From Octopus sinensis (lineage: Eukaryota), in contig NC_043022.1 in the NCBI RefSeq assembly GCF_006345805.1, forward strand, positions 7,192,001 to 7,256,000: a stretch of 64,000 nucleotides of DNA. The letters run 5' to 3'. Shown here piece by piece: positions 1 to 11,177 of the stretch. The notes beneath the pieces were generated by a model. That model was not told the DNA's origin. It saw only the letters and a list, made by a program, of their open reading frames with translations, and did not search any database. How positions within the stretch are numbered: position 1 is the first letter of the stretch; each line of letters begins with the position of its first letter. The position numbers and the translations under genes are program-made.

Positions 1-153
1 ATGGAGTGGTTGGCATTAGGAAGGGCATCCAGCTGTAGAAACTCTGCCAGATCAGACTGGAGCCTGGTGCAGCCCCTGGCTTCCCAGACCCCGGTCGAAC
101 CGTCCAACCCGTGCTTGCGCGGAAAACGGACGTTAAACGATGATGATGATAAT
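1..153 (+). mobile_element. Family B 3' module (RTE-type 3' UTR / SINE-like) with (GAT)n tail
   Basis: GGAGTGGTTGGCATTAGGAAGGGCATCCAGCTGTAGAAAC...GGACGTTAAACGATGATGAT; about 20 copies across the window. Confidence 0.85.
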
Positions 154-194
154 GATATATATATATATATATATATATATGGCTGATGCTGGTG

Positions 195-680
195 TCATGC
201 CAGTGGTACATACGAAGCACCGTTCAAGCATTTAGCCTCACAGAGGTAAAGTGGCTGATGCCAGTGCCATGTGAAAGCTCCTTTTGAGAGTTGGGCCTCA
301 CGGAGCCAATGACCGGGACCTTTGGCATTATGTCGTGCTTGAGAAGAAGACCCATCAAGCCAAGTAAAATCACAGTCATGGCAGATACCAGTGTCACACA
401 AATGGCACCCATGCCAGTGGTACATAAAAGCACCTATTACACTCTCGGAGCTGTTGGTTTTTAGGATACTCTTTACTCTCTTTTACTTGTTTCAGTCATT
501 TTGACTGCGGCCATGCTGGAGCACCGCCTTTAGTCGAGCAAATCGACCCCGGGACTTATTCTTTGTAAGCCCAGTACTTATTCTATCGGACTCTTTTTGC
601 TGAACCGCTAAGTTACGGGGACGTAAACACACCAGCATCAGTTGTCAAGCAATGCTAGGGGGACAAACACAGACACACAA

Positions 681-735
<55 letters not shown>

Positions 736-1046
736 TACGACGGGCTTCTTTCAGTTTCCGTCTACCAAATCCACTCACAAGGCATTGGTCGGCCTGGGTT
801 TATAGCAGAAGACACTTGCCCAAGATGCCACGCAGTGGGACTGAACCCGGAACCATGTGGTCGGTTAGCAAGCTACTTACCACACAGCCACACCTGCGCC
901 TATGGTCATCCAGCTGTTGACCATCCAGGATGGTCATCCAGCTGTTGAAACCATGCCAAATCAGGCTGGGGGTCTAGTGCAGCCTTCCAGCTTACCAGCC
1001 CTGGTCAAACTGTCCAACCCATGCCAACATGAACAATGGATGCTAA

Positions 1047-1077
<31 letters not shown>
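195..1077 (+). mobile_element. RTE LINE 3' end plus family B module, interrupted by a family A SINE
   Basis: GGAGCCAATGACCGGGACCTTTGGCATTATGTCGTGCTTGAGAAGAAGACC resembles the ORF2 C-terminus, then TAAAAGCACC module; tail resumes after 900 and ends in (GAT)n. Confidence 0.65.
467..900 (-). mobile_element. Family A tRNA-derived SINE, full length
   Basis: Head TGGCTGTGTGGTAAG with B box GGTTCAGTCC, internal (TA)n(TG)n, tail GAAACAAGTAAAA(GAGTA)n; more than 25 copies in window. Confidence 0.9.
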
Positions 1078-1127
1078 CACACACACATTAGCATGGAGCA
1101 CAAAATATACTGAAAAATACTAAGAAA

Positions 1128-1405
1128 ATAACATAAGGGGGATCAGCCATCTGAATGTGGCTAGGGACAGGGTGGGGTAGTGGGGGTATTACTGATGCAT
1201 TTAGCCCCAGGCGATCATCAACGTCACCAGAAGGGCTGACACCATCTCGGTGTCCTTGCCAGCCTGCAAAGGGAGCAAGGACACCGAGATGGTGTCAGCC
1301 CTTCTGGTGACGTTGATGATTGCCTGGGGCTAAATGCATCAGTAACACCCCCACTACCCCGCCCTGTCCCTAGCCACATTCAGATGCTGATCCCCCTTAT
1401 GTTAT
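1128..1405. repeat. Near-perfect palindrome, about 131-bp arms and 15-nt loop
   Basis: 1128-1259 is the reverse complement of 1275-1405 with a few mismatches. Confidence 0.95.
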
Positions 1406-1712
1406 AGAGCAGTTACTGTTTATATCTCGCTCAGAGATTTACTAAGAAAATATATCTACAGATAATCTGTTAACTCAAGCCACTGCTTTAAGCTGGCAGC
1501 TTGGGATTAGAACACACGCACGGATATTGGGTGTCGTTAGACATACTGCCTTCCACACGCATGCCCAGACCAACACACAGACAGACACAGGGAAATCAAA
1601 CTGGTGAGACTAGAAATAAAAGAACAATGAAACTGAATATAGTAAAGCATTTTGTGACCGTGCAGATACCAACACACACAAGCCCTCACACACACATATA
1701 TACATGCACAAG

Positions 1713-3374
1713 CTGGCACCTGTGCCAGTGGCACATAAAAAACACCATCCGAGCGTGGCCGTCTGGCACCTGTGTCGGTGGCACATAAAAAACACCATCC
1801 GAGCGTGGCCGTCTGCCAGCCTCGTCTGGCACCTGTGTCGGTGGCACATAAAAAACACCATCCGAGCGTGGCCGTCTGCCAGCCTCGTCTGGCACCTGTG
1901 TCGGTGGCACATAAAAAACACCATCCGAGCGTGGCCGTTCGCCAGCCTCGTCTGGCACCTGTGTCGGTGGCACATAAAAAACACCATCCGAGCGTGGCCG
2001 TTCGCCAGCCTCGTCTGGCACCTGTGTCGGTGGCACATAAAAAACACCATCCGAGCGTGGCCGTCTGCCAGCCTCGTTTGGCACCTGTGTCGGTGGCACA
2101 TAAAAAACACCATCCGAGCGTGGCCGTCTGCCAGCCTCGTCTGGCACCTGTGTCGGTGGCACATAAAAAACACCATCCGAGCGTGGCCGTCTGCCAGCCT
2201 CGTCTGGCTACCTGTGTCGGTGGCACATAAAAACACCATCCGAGCGTGGCCGTCTGCCAGCCTCGTCTGGCACCTGTGTCGGTGGCACATAAAAAACACC
2301 ATCCGAGCGTGGCCGTCTGCCAGCCTCGTCTGGCACCTGTGTCGGTGGCACATAAAAAACACCATCCGAGCGTGGCCGTCTGCCAGCCTCGTCTGGCACC
2401 TGTGTCGGTGGCAACATAAAAAAACACCATCCGAGCGTGGCCGTCTGCCAGCCTCGTCTGGCACCTGTGTCGGTGGCACATAAAAAACACCATCCGAGCG
2501 TGGCCGTTCGCCAGCCTCGTCTGGCACCTGTGTCGGTGGCACATAAAAACACCATCCGAGCGTGGCCGTCTGCCAGCCTCGTCTGGCACCTGTGTCGGTG
2601 GCACATAAAAACACCATCCGAGCGTGGCCCTGCCAGCCTCGTCTGGCACCTGTGTCGGTGGCACATAAAAAACACCATCCGAGCGTGGCCGTCTGCCAGC
2701 CTCGTCTGGCTACCTGTGTCGGTGGCACATAAAAAACACACCATCCGAGCGTGGCCGTCTGCCAGCCTCGTCTGGCACCTGTGTCGGTGGCACATAAAAA
2801 ACACCCTCAGCGTGGCCGTCTGCCAGCCTCGTCTGGCACCTGTGTCAGTGGCACATAAAAAACACCATCCGAGCGTGGCCGTCTGCCAGCCTCGTCTGGC
2901 ACCTGTGTCGGTGGCACATAAAAAACACCATCCGAGCGTGGCCGTCTGCCAGCCTCGTCTGGCACCTGTGTCGGTGGCACATAAAAAACACCATCCGAGC
3001 GTGGCCGTCTGCCAGCCTCGTTCTGGCACCTGTGTCGGTGGCACATAAAAAACACCATCCGAGCGTGGCCGTCTGCCAGCTCGTCTGGCCTGGCACCTCC
3101 TGTGTCGGTGGCACATAAAAAAACCATCCGAGCGTGGCCGTCTGCCAGCCTCGTCTGGCACTTGTGTCGGTGGCACATAAAAAACACCATCCGAGCGTGG
3201 CCGTCTGCCAGCCTCGTCCTGGCACCTGTGTCGGTGGCACATAAAAAACACCATCCGAGCGTGGCCGTCTGCCAGCCTCGTCTGGCTACCTGTGTCGGTG
3301 GCACATAAAAAACACCATCCGAGCGTGGCCGTTCGCCAGCCTCGTCTGGCACCTGTGTCGGTGGCACATAAAAA
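1713..3374 (+). repeat. 63-bp minisatellite, about 26 units, inside a family B element
   Basis: Unit CTGGCACCTGTGTCGGTGGCACATAAAAAACACCATCCGAGCGTGGCCGTCTGCCAGCCTCGT; period 63 (1763 to 1826). Confidence 0.97.
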
Positions 3375-3527
3375 TTGGTGGCATTAGGAAGGGCATCCAG
3401 CTGTAGAAACACTGCCAGATCTGACTGGCCTGGTGCAGCCTTCGGGCTCCCCAGACCCCAGTTGAACCGTCCAACCTATGCTAGCATGGAAAGCGGACGT
3501 TAAATGATGATGATGATGATGATGATG
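3375..3527 (+). mobile_element. Family B 3' module and (GAT)n tail closing the 63-bp array
   Basis: TGGCATTAGGAAGGGCATCC...GGACGTTAAATGATGATG; 20-bp flanking duplication at 1685-1704 and 3531-3550. Confidence 0.9.
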
Positions 3528-3844
3528 AAGCTCACACACACATATATACACACAGAAGAAAATATAAATCTTAATATTTTGAAAGGTTTCAATTATTTTT
3601 GATACCATTCCATTGTTAAGGTTGTTTATACCACAACAAGCAGAATAATATTACAATTAATGTTTGATAACAGACATAAGGTTATGTGGGGTACAAACAA
3701 TTATATTGATAATAATACTTGATGGGGTGGGGTTACTGGCTATGAAAGAATAAAAAGCAAAGACAATCCCCAGTTAGAAACAAAGAAGAATATACAGGGT
3801 AAGGTAACCAAATACAATGGGACCTCACTTTACAAGAACTTCTC

Positions 3845-4395
3845 TGGGACAAGGTGGTGAGGCATGGCCTTCAAATGTCAGGCCTTCAAATGGAGGCAAT
3901 GACAAGTGACTGAGATCTTTGGTGACATGCTGTTCTTGAGATGACTCTTCATGAAATCATAGTCATGGCCATTGTTAGTGTCATGTAAATGGCACCCACG
4001 CTGGTGGCATATAAAAAGGCACCCATTACACTCTTGGAGTGGTTGGCATTAACCCTTTCGTTACCAACCCGGCCAAAACCGGCTCTGACACTGTAGTACA
4101 AATGTCTTGTTTTCATAAGTTTTTCATTAAAATCTTCCACCAAACCTTAGTCACAATTTATGTTCCTAACACTAGCTTAATGATAATTAAATTATTTTAC
4201 TAAATTCTTTGTTATATTTAAAGTAATTGAAAGAAACACAGAGCATCTCAAAATAAATACAGTAATGAAAGGGTTAAGAAACCATGCCAAGTCAGAGTAG
4301 AACCTGGTCCAGCTCTCAGGCTTTCTAGTTCCATTCAAACAGTCTAACTCATGCCAGCGTGGAAAGCAGATGTTAAATGATGTTGTTGATGATAA
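3845..4395 (+). mobile_element. Decayed RTE LINE 3' end plus family B module, interrupted by a MITE
   Basis: Translates approximately WDKVVRHGLQMSGLQMEAMTSD*DLW*HAVLEMT, then module GGCACCCATTACACTCTTGGAGTGGTTGGCA. Confidence 0.65.
4049..4277. mobile_element. piggyBac-like MITE type 1
   Basis: TTAA-CCCTTTCGTTAC...GTAATGAAAGGG-TTAA; related copies at 10896, 17069 and 27651. Confidence 0.8.
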
Positions 4396-4528
4396 AACAT
4401 TTTAGGTGATGAACAGTGTCTTGAGTAATGAACATGCAAGCTGGCACCAACGGTTGGTGACAAGCAGAGAATATCAGAGGGAAAGAGATAGCAGCCATCT
4501 AGCTTTCACTTAGTGCGCATCCTTGATT

Positions 4529-4945
4529 GTTAGTTAGTTAGTTAGTTAGTTAATTTGGCTCAAAAGCAAATAGCAAGGCCATGTAGGGGGACATGGAGTT
4601 AAGTACAGGGTGGTGTTCATGTAAAGAGTTCAGGCCACTTGAGGTCAAGGGAGACTTTGAACAAAGCGGTCGTCAGCATCTTCACCATCTCGTCTGGCAG
4701 TTTGTTCCACGGATCCGCAAGCCGGACGGAGAAAGCTCCTCTCCTTCGATTGAGATGAAATCGTCGCAGGTAGAGCTTTTCGGAATGACCCCGCAGCCGA
4801 CGCTCTGGAGCAGGAGTGAAGAACAGCTCTTTCGAGAGGTTACACTTTCCGCTTATGATGTTGTGGGCGAGAATGAGATCACCAAGGCGGCAGCGTTTTT
4901 CAAGAGAATAAAGGGCGAGCGTCCTCAGCCTTTCTTCGTAGGACA
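4529..4945 (-). mobile_element. CR1-like LINE 3' end, 5'-truncated, (TAAC)n tail
   Basis: LSYEERLRTLALYSLEKRCRLGDLI...RGHSEKL...WNKLP is the typical CR1/L2 ORF2 C-terminus; second copy at 32366. Confidence 0.88.
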
Positions 4946-5167
4946 AATTGAATTGATTGAATATGAAGTGCATTCTCTTAAATTTCCTATGGGAAAACTA
5001 GTTTCAGTTTACAGACATTTTGGGAGATGAATAGCCTTCAAGAGCAGATCAAATTCATACACCAAGGTTCCACTGTATACACCCAGTGAAAACTCCTCTT
5101 GAAATTAATTTTACAGTGAGATTAGGTGCATATATTAATGACTGTATGTGAATGAGTGTATGTGAAA

Positions 5168-5402
5168 GGAGGCGAGCTGGCAGAATCGTTAGCACGCCGG
5201 GCGAAATGCTCACTGGTATTTCGTCTGCCGCTACGTTCTCAGTTCAAATTGCGCCGAGGTCGACTTTGCCTTTCATCCTTTCGGGGTCGATTAAATAAGT
5301 ACCAGTTACGCACTGGGGTCAATATAATCGACTTAATCCGTTTGTCTGTCCTTGTCTGTCCTCTCTGTGTTTAGCCCCTTGTGGGTAGTAAAGAAATAGG
5401 TA
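5168..5402 (+). mobile_element. Family C tRNA-derived SINE, full length
   Basis: GGAGGCGAGCTGGCAGAATCGTTAGC head; GTCGACTTTGCCTTTCATCCTTTCGGGGTCGAT core; flanking duplication GTATGTGAATGAGTGT at 5144-5159 and 5400-5415. Confidence 0.88.
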
Positions 5403-5416
5403 TGTGAATGAGTGTG

Positions 5417-5447
<31 letters not shown>

Positions 5448-5529
5448 CTGTGTGCACATGTACACATGGAGATCGTGCCAAAAGTAATGCAAGTAACTGA
5501 AAACAATCAAGAATCACACATTTTTGGTA

Positions 5530-5730
5530 AAGCAAACAATCAGACACTTAGCAAAGTGGGTTGGTAAGATGGTCTGCCATCCAACGTACAGCCCAAATCT
5601 GGTGTCGTCTGAATTGTACCTGTTCAGTCTAATGAAGGACGGTCTTCAGAAGAATTTGATGAGACAGAGGAGGTGAAAGTTGCTGTGAAGAAATGGGTGC
5701 AACTATGTATCAGTTGTGATGGAGAGTCTG
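5530..5730 (+). pseudogene. Mariner transposase C-terminal fragment
   Basis: HPTYSPNLVSSELYLFSLMKDGL (YSPDL-type motif), then EEVKVAVKKW. Confidence 0.7.
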
Positions 5731-5854
5731 ACATGTTACTGCTACAGAGACTTGTATCAGTTGTACAATCTGGGCAATCAGCCTCCAATGTGGGTAAATG
5801 AGAAAGTTATGGCCCCTTTTACATTTTCATTGATCCCTCACACACAGAACACTG

Positions 5855-6069
5855 AAAGAAGCCCATCGTGTGTGTGTGTTTGCCACCACCCCCATCACTT
5901 GACAACCAATGTTGGTGTGTTTACGTCCCTGAAACTTAGCAGTTCGGCAATAAAGACCAATAGAATAAGTACTAGGCTTACAATGAGTAAGTCCTAAGGT
6001 TGATTTGTTCAACCAAAGGCAGTGCTCTAGCATGGCTGCAATCAAATGACTGAAACAAGTAAAAGAATA
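5855..6069 (+). mobile_element. Family A SINE 3' half, diverged
   Basis: CACTTGACAACC...TAGAATAAGTACT...CAAATGACTGAAACAAGTAAAAGA. Confidence 0.75.
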
Positions 6070-6288
6070 TAAAAAACATAAATAAATGTGTGTGTGTGTG
6101 TAAATCCTCAAACGTGTAGAGTCATAGAAACATATTACATGGCATTTATATATATTACCATAAAATAAATGGGATTTGCTACAGACGACTATCTGAATAA
6201 ATTCCTCAGAAAATGAACCAACACCTGAATACATCTCAGCAAATAACAACTCCCACCCTGAGTAGGATATCAGGTCCTGAAACAAGAC

Positions 6289-6517
6289 TTAACCCTTTAG
6301 TGTTCAGATTACTCTGTTAAATGTCATACTTTTCCACTTAAATTGTTTTGAATTAATCCTGGATCATCTTACAGCTTGGAGGTTTCAATGATGTGATTAC
6401 TTATTTTTAGAATGGCATTGTAGGTTAGGTGTGAGAGGCTAGATATGGCCAGTTTGAATATAAAATATGTAGAATATATTGGGCCGGATTTGGCCAGTTT
6501 AAACACTAAAGGGTTAA
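6289..6517. mobile_element. piggyBac-like MITE type 2
   Basis: TTAA-CCCTTTAGTGTT...AACACTAAAGGG-TTAA; related copy in opposite orientation at 30176-30403. Confidence 0.8.
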
Positions 6518-6917
6518 AAGACTATTCCTGATGGTTAGATGGCTTGAACCAATAATGGCCAAAACATGTAACTTCTCCAAGTAGATGTAGTATTATACAT
6601 GTGTGTGTGTGTGTGGAGAGAGAGAGATAGAGAGATCGAGAGAGTTTTTTATGAAGTGATATTTTATACATCAAATTAATCTAGTAGCTTAATAATAACA
6701 ACAATAACTCTTAGTAGCTCTTACGTTTTTCAGTGGTCCAAGGGACCTTGTAACAAGCGAATGCTAAAAACACAAAAATCTAAGAATAAAACTAGAAATG
6801 TAGTAGTGGGGGAAAAAAAAGTGGGGGGAGGGGCGGGACTCTGAACCCCTCAGCACCACCACACACCAACTCTTGCTACCACTAAATGCTTGCTAGTGGT
6901 GGTGGTGGCATACACAG

Positions 6918-6965
<48 letters not shown>

Positions 6966-7653
6966 ATGTAGATGTGTGTATGTATATATATGTATATATG
7001 TGTATATATATATATATATATAATGAATGTAGGCATATAGCTTGTTTTACATTTTGACATTACAGCATGAACAGCCTTCCCCACCTCCACATACCCCCTT
7101 AGCCTTCCCCACCCCCCACACACCCCCTTTGCCCTCCAAGTGACAGCTGTGTCTAGTTTCTGTAAATTTGCAGTGACTATAAGTACAAAGTATAATCGGA
7201 TTGCAGACTGTAAATAGCCAATGGCTATGTGACAATGACCTGGCAACCGGTTAGGGAGGTGGGGGACAAAAAAAACAAAAAAAAAAAAAAAGTAAGAAAT
7301 AAATAAGAAAGATAGAAAGAAAATAGAGGAGAAACTACTGGTTGGTGAGTTAGGAATGGTTTCTTTCACTGTTTTCATCTATTATCAGAGTAGTTGACAG
7401 AGACAAATGTAAATATTATACAATGTGTTTGTGGAGAGATGGAACAGGTATAACATATATGTTGCACATTTCAACTCTGCTTGGAGTCACATCAACAATC
7501 ATTGGATTGGTAAGAAAGTCATTTCATTTTTTGCAGAGTTTTGATTTTTTTTAATGACTTTTGTCAATGCTATGATTTTTTTCCCCCTTTTAACATTTGA
7601 TAGCCATTACTTTTAGCTAACTTTAGAAGCAAATTGCAAGTAATTTTGTTTAT

Positions 7654-8019
7654 CATCATCATCATTGTTCGACCGTGGTCGTGACAATGGAATTTACCAT
7701 GCTACGCCAGACTTCACGGTCCATCATGGCATTACGGAGGTCCTGTTGCTGGATGCCTGTATCCCTGGAGATTACATCAGGGTAGGAGAGTGTGTGCCCT
7801 CTGGTATTGCGAGTAGATGGCTTCCAGAAGAGAAGAGTAGAAATTACTTCTTTTTCAGCTCTACAACAATGTCCAGCAAACTGGACTCTCCTACCTTTCA
7901 CAAGAGATGACACAGGTGGTAGTTTCCCATATATTTGCATTTTGGTTGGATGGCGCTTCCACGAGAGATTTTGAGCTCTCATAAGGAGGCGAGTGTAGGT
8001 TCCATCCAACCGCCTCTCA
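7654..8019 (-). mobile_element. RTE-X clade LINE 3' end inserted in the mariner 5' UTR
   Basis: LDGTYTRLLMRAQNLSWKRHPT...RRVQFAGHC...AMMDREVWR; (TGA)n tail; 7-bp TSD TGTTTAT at 7647-7653 and 8020-8026. Confidence 0.85.
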
Positions 8020-8053
8020 TGTTTATAGCTGTTAGTTCAGTGCCAATTTTAGC

Positions 8054-9187
8054 ATGGATTGCAAGAAAGAATCTTTTTACCATATTCTGCTTTTTTATTT
8101 CCATAAAGGCAAGAAAGCTGCTGAGGCTCGAAAGAGATATGTGAAGTTTATGGTGTTGATTGCTTAACAGAAATGGTTTTAAAGATTCCGTTCTGGAGAT
8201 TTTTCACTCAAAGATGACCAACGTTCCTGTTGACATACTGAAGTTGTTGATGACTGAGTCAAAGCCATAATTGAATCTGATTGTCATATAACTGTGCGAG
8301 AGATTGCAGAGAGGTTAAACGTATCACACACAAAAATTGGAAATCACTTAGAATGTCTTGGACTCGTTAAGAAGCTCGATATTTGGGTTCCACATACCAT
8401 CATCGTTTAACGTCCGCTTTCCATGCTAGCATGGGTTGGACGATTTTGACTGAGGGCTGGCGAACCAGATGGCTGCACCAGGCTCCAATTTTGATTTGGC
8501 AGAGTTTCTACAGCTGGATGCCCTTCCTAATGCCAATACATTAACAGAGATTCACTTAACACAACGAATGAATATTTACGACATGCATCTCAAATGCAAT
8601 AAAATCGACCGCTTTTTGAAATGTATCATCGCTGATGATTAAAAATGGATGTCTGCAATAACATCAATTGAAAACTATCAGGGTCTAAGCATAATGAACC
8701 AGCACAAACCACATCAAAAGCTGAATTGCATCAAAAAAAGGTCAATTTGATAGGATTACAAAGGTGTTGTGTATTTTGAGCTGCTTCCAAGAAACCAAAT
8801 GATCAATTCAGATCTTTACTGTCAACAACTAATGAAACTGGAGGAAGCAGTCAGAGAAAATCAACCACAATTGGCAAATCGTAAAGGAATCGTGTTTCAC
8901 CATGACAACGCTAGACCACACACATCTTAGCTAACTCATGAAAAACTATTGGAGCTTGGTTGGGAAGTGATGTTACATCCACCACATGGCCCTGACCTTT
9001 GCACCATCAGATTACCATTTATTTCAAAGCTTGCAAAATTCTTTGAATTTTGCAAACTTTCAATAATGATGAAATCGCACTTGCTTCAGCTTTTGGCTGA
9101 TAAGGACCAGACGTTTAAGAGTGTAGAATCATGAAGTTGCCAGAAAGAGGGCAAAAGGTCATCGAACAAAATGGAAAATATATATAA
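8054..9187 (+). pseudogene. Mariner transposase pseudogene (frameshifts, stops, family B insertion)
   Basis: MDCKKESFYHILLFYFHKGKKAAEA...LDIWVPH|TLTE...GVVYFELLP...VFHHDNARPH...WEVMLHPP...KVIEQNGKYI. Confidence 0.9.
8398..8536 (-). mobile_element. Family B module inserted in the WVPHxL motif
   Basis: CATCATCGTTTAACGTCCGC...CCCTTCCTAATGCCAA; removing it restores GTT CCA CAT ACA TTA ACA GAG. Confidence 0.85.
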
Positions 9188-9259
9188 GTAATTAGGGTTC
9201 ATTCCCCCTCTCTCGCTCTTTCGGAGAGGCACAAGCACCTACACACACATATACACACA

Positions 9260-9410
9260 CGGCAGTAACTTCCACCTACCGAATTCAATCACAAAGCTCC
9301 AGTCGGCTCGGGGCTATAGTGGAAGACACCTACCCAAAGTGCCACGTAGTGGGACTGAACCCGAAACCATGTAGCTAGGAAGCAAGCTCCCTGACCACAC
9401 AGCCATGCCC
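9260..9410 (-). mobile_element. Family A SINE 5' half, diverged
   Basis: GTGGGACTGAACCCGAAACCATG...CCACACAGCCA. Confidence 0.7.
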
Positions 9411-9948
9411 ATTGTATGAAAATAAAATGGCTTTTATTTCACACTAAAAAACCAAAATCACTTTCTTGCTAACCCAATACTTCCCTTTTTACATTACTTA
9501 CAAACCTATGGATATTACTGGTAGTCAACTGGGTAGACTAATTTTCATATTTAACACTTTTTTGGCAGATAGTTTGAATATTAAATTACAGATGTTATAT
9601 TTCAAGTACAATATAGAGCAAGTGATTAGATGGCTTCTAACAGAATCGATGTCAACTGTAACAAGAAGGTGAGCAGCGCATACACAATGCAACTCTGCAA
9701 CAGTGATGATACTGCAATACACGTGGAGCTGATTAGAACTGAAACCTAACCACTTCAGTCCCATCACCATTTCACCTATTCTGCATGCTATAGGAACAAC
9801 ACCAGCCCTCAACACATGGCTAGATGAAGTGTCTGTATCAGCTACACACTATCTAGGTCAAGTTATCAACTTAGTTTCTGTAGCTCATTAAGAGAGCAAT
9901 TTATAAAGGTTGTTATCATTAATCAAGGTTATGTTGTTTAATTATATA

Positions 9949-9981
<33 letters not shown>

Positions 9982-10208
9982 AAATATGTATATGTGTGCG
10001 TGTGTGTGTATATATATATATAAATGTCTAAGAGCATTAAGTACTACTTCTGGTTTACATGCAAGGAGTGTGTGTACATACAAAAAAAAATGAAAGGGAA
10101 GAACTGAAGGACTTGTGTATATAATGTAACAAAGAGGCTTTGCTACTGATAACGCAGTTAAAATAAACATTTAAAGAAACCGGTACAAACACGCACACAC
10201 ACATACAC

Positions 10209-10243
<35 letters not shown>

Positions 10244-10731
10244 TCTAAGTAGAAGAGGAAAAGAGAAGGGGGAGCAGCCATCAAAGGAACCTTTACATAG
10301 TTGGTCAATATGCTAGAAACAACAGACAAGTCTCTCAAACTACACCTTATTTTCTTAAACAAGGAAAAGACATTAGATAGATAAGGTAGTCATCCAAACC
10401 TGTAAAGAGCTGGAAAGGTCATAGTTGGAATGTCTGACAATGGGTCTGTTTAGAACAGGGGCTGACCTGGGACTAAGGGCTAACCAACAACAACTACAAT
10501 TGTTATTGGAGAGACAGACAGAGTATGATGTAATGGCATGAGAGGAAGTGAGTTACATCCGCAGTGAAGTCTTCCCACTGATCCCTCGCAAAAATAATTG
10601 CAGTATTACATAAATCATGGTTACAAACTTTGCTGCAAGACCACAACTAGTTTTGGAGAAAGGACAAGGGGCTGATTGACCACCCTATGCCTCAGTACTC
10701 AATTGCTTTTGAACTTTTTTTTAAACCAGAT

Positions 10732-11177
10732 TTAACCTTTCAGCACTTAAAACTGGTCATATCCAGCCAAAATGTTCTACTTGTTTTATGTTCAAACTGG
10801 CCAGATTTGGCTTCTCACATCTACCCGACAATGCCATTCTAAAAATAAACAATCACATCATCATCATAATATCGAAGCTACAAGGTAATGCAGGATTAAC
10901 CCTTTCGTTACCGTATTTATTTTGAGATGCTCAGTGTTTCTTTCAATTATTTTAAATATAACAAAGAATTTAGTAAAATAACTTAGCTATCATTAAGCTA
11001 GTGTTAGGAATATAAATTGTAACTAAGGTTTGGTGGTATATTTTGATGCAAAACTTATGAAAACAAGACATTTGTACAACAGAGCCAGAGCGGTTTTGGC
11101 CGGGTTAGTAACGAAAGAAACTCAAAATAATGAGAATGAATAAATGTTGCATTGACAGAATAGTCTGAATGCTAAAG
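10732..11177. mobile_element. piggyBac-like MITE type 2 with a type 1 MITE nested at 10896-11117
   Basis: Outer TTAACCTTTCAGCA...GAATGCTAAAG; inner starts at GGA-TTAA-CCCTTTCGTTAC and has lost its last terminal bases. Confidence 0.65.

Larger units (their letters stand above)
7500..9479 (+). mobile_element. Decayed full-length mariner transposon with three nested insertions
   Basis: Left TIR ATTGGATTGGTAAGAAAGTCATTT matches the reverse complement of the right TIR at about 9450-9479; transposase remnant between them. Confidence 0.85.

Noticed and set aside
642-948. Recurrent ORFs such as MSSNARGTNTDT... and MLGGQTQTH... at many loci
   Set aside because: Antisense translations of family A SINE copies, not a gene family.
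1713-3374. CRISPR array interpretation of the tandem arrays (also 11455, 37303 and 61270)
   Set aside because: Units are head-to-tail with no unique spacers, no cas genes are present, and the context is eukaryotic.
1537-3474. Long ORFs of 130-375 aa on both strands
   Set aside because: They are translations of a 63-bp (21-codon) tandem unit that happens to lack stops in several frames; single-base indels shift frames freely.
9592-9668. Plus-strand exon candidate ending AAG|GTGAGC
   Set aside because: Good donor but weak acceptor, no recognisable protein and no compatible neighbouring exons; such sites are expected by chance in 64 kb.
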